Shown here: piece after piece, positions 55,343-64,000 of the stretch
How the letters are laid out: each line of letters starts with the position of its first letter
Position numbering within the stretch: position 1 is the stretch's first letter
Assembly (NCBI GenBank): GCA_963761305.1
Contig: CAVXGK010000002.1
Coordinates: forward strand, 2,272,001 to 2,336,000
Reading direction: 5' to 3'
DNA: 64,000 nt
DNA from: an uncultured Gemmatimonadaceae bacterium
GTDB taxonomy: Bacteria; Gemmatimonadota; Gemmatimonadetes; Gemmatimonadales; Gemmatimonadaceae
Notes under the pieces: generated by a model
Seen by the model: only the letters and a program-made list of their open reading frames with translations
What the model was told of the DNA's origin: nothing
Database searches by the model: none
Position numbers and translations under genes: made by a program

Positions 55343-55371
55343 TTGACGCCCCTTCCCACGGCCGATAGACT
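55343..55371 (+). promoter_or_regulatory. Putative sigma70 promoter for gcvH
   Basis: TTGACG-N17-TAGACT. Confidence 0.6.
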
Positions 55372-55409
55372 CCGCGCGCGTTCGCCATCACCGCCGACTG
55401 GAGCACTAC

Positions 55410-55796
55410 GTGTCCGATATCCCGAAGGACCTGCTGTACACCGAAGACCACGAATACCTGAAGCCCACCGACGACGCGAACGTCGTCGCGATCGGCATCA
55501 CCGACTACGCGCAGGGTGAGCTCGGCGACGTCGTCTTCATCGAGCTCCCGAAGGTCGGCGCCTCGTTCTCGAAACACGACGTGTTCGGAACGGTGGAAGC
55601 GGTGAAGGCGGTGTCCGAGCTCTACTCGCCGGTCTCCGGCGACGTCGTCGCCGTCAACGACCGCCTGGACAAAGAGCCGGCGCTCGTCAACAGCTCGCCC
55701 TACGGCGACGGCTGGATGATCAAGGTCCGGCTCAAAGATCCGAACGAGCGCAAAGCGCTCCTCGACGCCGGCGCCTACTCGGCACACCTCGGATAG
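55410..55796 (+). CDS. gcvH: Glycine cleavage H protein
   Basis: GITDYAQGELGDVVF, VEAVKA lipoyl Lys, PYGDGW. Confidence 0.96.
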   Translation: MSDIPKDLLYTEDHEYLKPTDDANVVAIGITDYAQGELGDVVFIELPKVGASFSKHDVFGTVEAVKAVSELYSPVSGDVVAVNDRLDKEPALVNSSPYGDGWMIKVRLKDPNERKALLDAGAYSAHLG

Positions 55797-55821
55797 CGAA
55801 ACGACCGCTCCGCCCGACGGA

Positions 55822-55853
55822 CGGTGGCGGCAGGTCGCCGCACCCCGCCACCG
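55822..55853. terminator. GC-rich hairpin between convergent gcvH and gcvP
   Basis: CGGTGGCGG-N14-CCGCCACCG. Confidence 0.4.
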
Positions 55854-55865
55854 CCCACCGCACCT

Positions 55866-58768
<2,903 letters not shown>

Positions 58769-58886
58769 GCAAATCCTCGATCGCGGGCGGGGACAGGCCC
58801 GATGAGTTCTGGAGGGAGCGACAACAGCGCCTTGAATTTATGTTAGGATCAAACCCTCCGCCCCGACTTCCTTTTCGCTACGCCTG

Positions 58887-59666
58887 ATGCCCGGCCAGCG
58901 CTGGCGTCTTCTGGTCACCCCCGCCGCACCGGGAGCCGAGAACATGGCGCTCGACGAGGCCCTCATGACGCGCGCGCGCCAGTCCGGCGAGTGGGCCCTG
59001 CGCGTCTACGCCTGGTCGGCGCCGACGATATCGCTCGGTCGAAATCAGTCCGCAATGCGACACTATGACCGAGAGCGCATCCGGCGACAGGGGCTCGCCG
59101 TAGTCCGGCGCCCCACCGGCGGTCGCGCCATCCTCCACCATCGCGAGATCACCTACAGCGTGACCGGACCGGCGTTGCACGCCGGGTCGGAGCGAGAGTC
59201 GTACGGGCGAATCACACGTTTGCTCGTCCGGGCATTGGAGAGCCTCGGTGTTCGGGCAGCCGTGGCGCCGCGCAAGGAGCGGGCGCGCGCCCCCGACGCG
59301 ACTCCATGCTTCGAGCGGCCGGGCGAAGGTGAGTTGACCTTCGAGGGGCGGAAGCTGGCCGGAAGCGCACAATGGCGCTCCGACGGTGCACTCCTCCAGC
59401 ATGGCTCGATTCTCGTCGGCGACGACCAGGGGCGGCTCTCCGAGTTCGCGTTGGCGGCACAGCCCGACCTCCCCGAGCCCGCGACGTTGGCTCAGGCGAT
59501 GGGGCGGACGCCGTCGCTGGACGAAGCGGCAGCAAGCTTCGCCGCCGCCGTGAGGGAGCTCGAGGATCCGCACGTGGCCCCCCTGGAAGTCGACGATGAT
59601 TTGCGTGCCCGCGTGACGTCACTCATCGTCCAGTATTCGGATGATTCATGGACGTGGAGGCGATGA
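58887..59666 (+). CDS. Lipoate-protein ligase / octanoyltransferase (LplA/LipM family)
   Basis: NMALDEAL, RRPTGGRAILH, CF, RKLAGSAQ, LQHGS. Confidence 0.9.
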   Translation: MPGQRWRLLVTPAAPGAENMALDEALMTRARQSGEWALRVYAWSAPTISLGRNQSAMRHYDRERIRRQGLAVVRRPTGGRAILHHREITYSVTGPALHAGSERESYGRITRLLVRALESLGVRAAVAPRKERARAPDATPCFERPGEGELTFEGRKLAGSAQWRSDGALLQHGSILVGDDQGRLSEFALAAQPDLPEPATLAQAMGRTPSLDEAAASFAAAVRELEDPHVAPLEVDDDLRARVTSLIVQYSDDSWTWRR

Positions 59667-59740
59667 GCGAATGCCCCCTCCATCGTGCTCCGCGAAGTGA
59701 TGCTCTTCGGGCTGTCCCACCCTCCGTCACCCGATTGAAC

Positions 59741-61429
59741 ATGCGCATACCGATCCTGGCGTTTGTGTCACTGGCGCTACTCGCCGCGTGTTCGGGCGAA
59801 GGTACGAAACCGGCCGCGGGGCCAACCGGGGGCACGTTCATCTTCGTAGCACCTGGCGACGCCGCGGCCGTATTTCCTCCGTTTGTCGGAGAGGAGAATG
59901 GCGCGATGGTGGTCGGCTTGGTCTTCGACCGTTTGGCAGATATCTCGGACAAACTCGAGACGGCGGGAGACAAGACGTTCACTCCGCGCCTCGCCAAGAG
60001 TTGGGCGTGGGCACCTGACTCACTCTCGATCGCGTTCTCAATCGATCCGCGCGCGCGATGGCACGACGGCAAGCCGGTCACCGCGGCGGATGTTCGCTAC
60101 AGCTTCAAAGTCTTCACCGATTCGGCCGTGGCGGCTCCCGCAGGGCCGCTGCTCGCGAACGTCGACTCCGTTTCGGTGCGCGACCCGTCGACCCCGGTCT
60201 TTTGGTTCAAAAAGCACACGCCCGAGCAGTTCTACGACGTCGCCTATCAACTGTGGATTCTTCCAGAGCACGTGTACGGATCGATTCCGATGGCCAAGCT
60301 CCGGACGTCCGCCGCGATCCGGTCGCCGATCGGCAGCGGCCCGTTCCGCTTCGTGCGTTGGGAACCGGGCGTGCGCATCGAGCTCGACGCCGACACGGCG
60401 AACTATCACGGCCGGCCACCGCTCGATCGCGTGATCATAAACCCTGTCATCAATCAGGCTGTTCGACAAACGCAGGTGCTCACGGGTCAGGCGGACTACA
60501 TGCACGCCTTCCCGCCCGATCAATCCGGAAAGCTGGACAGCAGCTCGGTCGCGCGGCCCATCGCTGTGCCCCTTTTGACGACCGTGTTCATGGTGATGAA
60601 CCGGTACGTACCGAAGTCCAAGCGCGTCCCTCACCCGGTGTTCGGCGACATCCGGGTTCGGCGCGCGATCTCGATGGCGCTCAACCGCGCGGCCATGCTC
60701 CAGAACGTGTTCGGCGCCGCGGGGCGAATCGCTTACGGCCCGGCTCCCATGAGACTCGCTGCCGCCGACAGCACGCTCAAGCTTCCTCCGTACGACACGA
60801 CAGCCGCGAACGCGCTGCTCGATTCGGCGGGGTGGCGCCGCGGATCGAATGGAATGCGCGCGAAGGCGGGCAAGCCGTTGCGCTTCGAGCTGCTCATCCC
60901 GGCGACGAGCGGCGCCCGCAACCGCTATGGCATCCTGATCCAGGATGCGCTCCAGCACATCGGCGCGGAGGTGGTCATCGTCCCGGTCGATAACAACACC
61001 TACCAAGACAGAACGGTTGCCGGCGACCACGCCGGCAATTTCGAAGCGGCGATTCACGCCTTCAACGGAGATCCAAGCCCGAGCGGGCTGCGACAGATCT
61101 GGGGGACCGCTGGCATCAGCCCCCAGGGGCTGAACCTCCTGCTCTACTCGAATCCCAAGGTCGACGCTCTGCTCGACAGTCTCTCTACGTCGTTCGACCC
61201 CGCCCAGGTAAAGGCGTACACGTCGCGTGCGCTCCAGTTGGTCGTCGACGACGTGCCCGCCGTTTGGCTGTACGACCAGAACTACGTGGACGCGGTGAAT
61301 CGGCGACTCACGGTTGGGCCGATACGGGCCGACGGATGGTGGTACACGCTGCCGACTTGGTCGATCGCCCCGAACAAGCGTATCGATCGCGACCGGTTCG
61401 GATTGACACCTCCCCCGACCGCGCGCTAG
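59741..61429 (+). CDS. Peptide ABC transporter substrate-binding lipoprotein
   Basis: LAAC lipobox, WHDGKPVTAADV, PIGSGPF, VRRAI. Confidence 0.9.
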   Translation: MRIPILAFVSLALLAACSGEGTKPAAGPTGGTFIFVAPGDAAAVFPPFVGEENGAMVVGLVFDRLADISDKLETAGDKTFTPRLAKSWAWAPDSLSIAFSIDPRARWHDGKPVTAADVRYSFKVFTDSAVAAPAGPLLANVDSVSVRDPSTPVFWFKKHTPEQFYDVAYQLWILPEHVYGSIPMAKLRTSAAIRSPIGSGPFRFVRWEPGVRIELDADTANYHGRPPLDRVIINPVINQAVRQTQVLTGQADYMHAFPPDQSGKLDSSSVARPIAVPLLTTVFMVMNRYVPKSKRVPHPVFGDIRVRRAISMALNRAAMLQNVFGAAGRIAYGPAPMRLAAADSTLKLPPYDTTAANALLDSAGWRRGSNGMRAKAGKPLRFELLIPATSGARNRYGILIQDALQHIGAEVVIVPVDNNTYQDRTVAGDHAGNFEAAIHAFNGDPSPSGLRQIWGTAGISPQGLNLLLYSNPKVDALLDSLSTSFDPAQVKAYTSRALQLVVDDVPAVWLYDQNYVDAVNRRLTVGPIRADGWWYTLPTWSIAPNKRIDRDRFGLTPPPTAR

Positions 61430-61431
61430 TC

Positions 61432-62391
61432 GTGCGACGGCGCCTGCTGGCGCGCCTCGGACAGTCGGTCATCGTCGTCTTCATCGTCACGACGATCGCG
61501 TTTTTCTTGATCCACTCCGCGCCCGGCGATCCGTTTTCGTACGATTCGGGGCGCCTCACGCCGGCGATTCGAGCCCGCTGGCGCGCGGAGTTCGGTTACG
61601 ACCGGCCGCTCGCCGTTCAGTACGGGAAGTATCTCTGGAGCGTCGCGCACGGGCAGCTCGGCTATTCCACGTTCCGAAGCGAACCGGTCTCCGTCGTTAT
61701 CGCTGAAGCATTGCCGCGTACACTCGCCTTGGCGGGACTGGGACTGTTGCTCAGCCTCGCCTTGGGCGTGGTGATCGGCACGCTGCAAGCAGCGCGTCGT
61801 GGTGGTTGGTTCGATCGCATCAGCTCCGCCGTGCTGCTCTTCATCTACTCGCTTCCCGATTTCTGGGGAGCGCTCATGGTCCTCCTGCTGTTCGCGTACT
61901 GGTGGCAGATCCTCCCGGCCGGCGGCATGTACGACCCGATGCACGACTACATGAGCCCGCGGCAGGCGATCGTCGATCGGTTGAAGCATTTCATTCTCCC
62001 GCTGTCGTGTCTCGTCGTCCTCACGATGGCGGGCATTACGCGCTATCAACGGGCCGCGATACTCGAGGCGCTTCCGGCGGACCACGTGCGATCCGCGCGG
62101 GCGAAGGGCGTCTCCGAGCACGGCGTCGTGTGGCGGCACGCCTTCCGAACCGCGCTCGCTCCCATGATCACGTTGCTCGGCGTCATGTTTCCGGCGTTGA
62201 TCGGCGGAAGTTTGTTCATCGAGCGCGTCTTCTCGTGGCCGGGCATGGGGATGATGGCCGCCGATGCCGTCGTGTTTCGCGACTACGATCTCGTAACCGC
62301 CACCGTCATCGTCGGCGCCGTGCTCGTCGTCGTCGGCAATTTGGTCGCCGACGTGCTGCAAGTGGCTCTCGATCCACGCGTCCGTGAATAG
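61432..62391 (+). CDS. Peptide ABC transporter permease (OppB/DppB)
   Basis: PGDP, G.DRPL..QY, ARAKGVSE, ERVFSWPGMG, DPRVR. Confidence 0.92.
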   Translation: MRRRLLARLGQSVIVVFIVTTIAFFLIHSAPGDPFSYDSGRLTPAIRARWRAEFGYDRPLAVQYGKYLWSVAHGQLGYSTFRSEPVSVVIAEALPRTLALAGLGLLLSLALGVVIGTLQAARRGGWFDRISSAVLLFIYSLPDFWGALMVLLLFAYWWQILPAGGMYDPMHDYMSPRQAIVDRLKHFILPLSCLVVLTMAGITRYQRAAILEALPADHVRSARAKGVSEHGVVWRHAFRTALAPMITLLGVMFPALIGGSLFIERVFSWPGMGMMAADAVVFRDYDLVTATVIVGAVLVVVGNLVADVLQVALDPRVRE

Positions 62392-63319
62392 CGCAGGCTC
62401 CCTGTGGGCGAGGCTGTTCGCCAATCGCTCGGCGCGTTGGGCGCTCATCGTGATCGGCGCGCTCGTGGTCGCGGCCATTGTCGGTCCGTTGCTCAGGTCG
62501 CAGAGTTGCATCGCCCAACCCGACATCGAGCACCTCAAGAACGCCCGGCCGTCCTTCGCCCACCCGTTCGGAACCGACGCGTACAGCCGCGACGTGCTCG
62601 CGCGTGTGCTCTGCGGCGCCCGCATCTCACTCGCCATCGGCGTGCTCGCCGTTGTCGTCTCGACGACGCTCGGCGCCGCGTACGGTCTCGTCGCCGGCTA
62701 CGCGGGCGGCCGCGTGGACGACGTGATGATGCGTTTGCTCGACGCATTCATGTCCATCCCGCGCGTGCTGATCCTCATCGCCGTGCTCACGATCTGGCGC
62801 GCCCCGGTACCGCTCGCGGGATTGATCCTCGTCATCGGCCTCACCGGCTGGTTCACCGTCTCTCGCCTCGTTCGCGCGGAGACGCGGCTGGCGAAGACCG
62901 CCGACTACGTCGCGTCGGCGCGCGCCCTGGGCGCGTCCGACGTACGAATCGTGTTGCGACATCTCCTGCCGAACGTTGCCGCGCCAATCATCGTCAGCTC
63001 CACGCTCGCCGTGGGCAACGTCATCGCTCTCGAGGCCGGCCTCTCGTACCTTGGCATCGGCGCACAACCGCCGACGGCAAGCTGGGGGTCGATCTTCCTC
63101 GACGGCATCGACACGTTCACCACCGCGTGGTGGGTCGTGCTGTTCCCCGGACTCGCCATCGTCATCACCGTGCTCGCGTTCAACATGCTCGGCGACGCCT
63201 TGCGCGACGTGCTCGATCCCCGGCAGCTTCACCTCGATCGTCCGTTCGCGACCGACCCGGCGATCGGACTCTCGCCGGTCTCACCGGCGTCCATGGACCA
63301 ACTCGCGCAGAATGGCTGA
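62384..63319 (+). CDS. Peptide ABC transporter permease (OppC/DppC)
   Basis: [30 protein letters not shown]. Confidence 0.92.
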   Translation: MNSAGSLWARLFANRSARWALIVIGALVVAAIVGPLLRSQSCIAQPDIEHLKNARPSFAHPFGTDAYSRDVLARVLCGARISLAIGVLAVVVSTTLGAAYGLVAGYAGGRVDDVMMRLLDAFMSIPRVLILIAVLTIWRAPVPLAGLILVIGLTGWFTVSRLVRAETRLAKTADYVASARALGASDVRIVLRHLLPNVAAPIIVSSTLAVGNVIALEAGLSYLGIGAQPPTASWGSIFLDGIDTFTTAWWVVLFPGLAIVITVLAFNMLGDALRDVLDPRQLHLDRPFATDPAIGLSPVSPASMDQLAQNG

Positions 63320-64000
63320 TTCGTCTCCGCTCCTCCGGATCGAGAACCTGCGCACGTTTTTCTACGCCGACGGCGGCGTCGCACGGGCCGTCGACGGAAT
63401 CACGTTCGAGATCGGAGCGGGCGAGACGGTCGGGCTCGTCGGCGAATCCGGGTGCGGCAAGTCGGTCACCGCGCTGTCGATCCTTCGCCTGGTCCGGCCT
63501 CCGGGGCGCATCGAGCCGGGCAGCGTGATCCGATTCGACGACAAGGACCTCGTCACGCTCGACGAGAAGTCGATGCGCGCGATCCGCGGCGCCCGCATCG
63601 CCATGGTCTTTCAGGAGCCGATGACCGCGCTCAATCCGGTCTTTTCCGTCGGCGATCAGATCGCCGAGGTCGTGCGCATTCATCACGCCGGAACCAAGCG
63701 GGAAGCGTGGGACCGCGCCGTGAAGATGCTCGAGACGGTCGGCATTCCCGACGCCGCGATGCGCGCGCGCGACTATCCGCACCAGCTCTCCGGCGGAATG
63801 CGCCAACGCGTCGTCATCGCCATGGCGCTCGTGATGAATCCGGCGCTCGTCGTCGCCGACGAGCCCACCACCGCGCTCGACGTCACCATCCAGGCGCAGA
63901 TTCTCGAGCTGCTCGGCGACCTGCAACGGAAGTTCGGCACGTCGATCCTGCTCATCACGCACGACCTGGGGGTCGTCGCCGAAACGGCGTCGCGCGTGAT
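63312..64000 (+). CDS. Peptide ABC transporter ATPase (OppD/DppD), runs off the window
   Basis: Manual translation [13 protein letters not shown]..., [39 protein letters not shown]. Confidence 0.92.
   Translation, partial: MADSSPLLRIENLRTFFYADGGVARAVDGITFEIGAGETVGLVGESGCGKSVTALSILRLVRPPGRIEPGSVIRFDDKDLVTLDEKSMRAIRGARIAMVFQEPMTALNPVFSVGDQIAEVVRIHHAGTKREAWDRAVKMLETVGIPDAAMRARDYPHQLSGGMRQRVVIAMALVMNPALVVADEPTTALDVTIQAQILELLGDLQRKFGTSILLITHDLGVVAETASRV

Noticed and set aside
58769..58886. Glycine riboswitch upstream of gcvP
   Set aside because: Only about 118 bp, and no recognisable GGAGA...CCGAAG...CTCTCAGG aptamer elements

Overview
High-GC bacterial chromosomal window of about 65 genes. Gene content and style suggest Gemmatimonadota (inference; no rRNA marker present). 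It is mostly housekeeping: ccmEFH cytochrome c maturation, glpK, mtnA, crt-recF-dciA-gyrB, dcp, pyrimidine nucleoside phosphorylase, a REC / REC-GGDEF / GAF module, ligA, fadD, PTPS, aspC, tdk, a type IV minor pilin cluster, folE, coaE, gcvH/gcvP, lipoate ligase and a peptide ABC transporter. I saw no CRISPR array, tRNA, rRNA or transposase. Most notable: (1) a co-oriented nurA-herA-(secreted protein)-mre11/sbcD-rad50/sbcC-GNAT cluster, an archaeal-style DNA end-resection set in a bacterium; (2) a lone GxxExxY (PD-(D/E)XK) nuclease gene bracketed by a perfect 22-bp inverted repeat, like a small mobile cassette; (3) a non-canonical Ccm system with CxxxY CcmE, Cys-rich CcmH with a Tat-like signal, and a CcmI-like protein with zinc ribbons; (4) a probable 6S RNA ahead of a PTPS-II + SDR pterin operon; (5) a DeaD-like pseudo-helicase lacking its ATPase motifs; (6) gcvP frameshifted, most simply at a G9 run in the inter-domain linker. 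Starts were adjusted by eye where the ORF track over-extended. All family calls are from motif recognition, with no database search.
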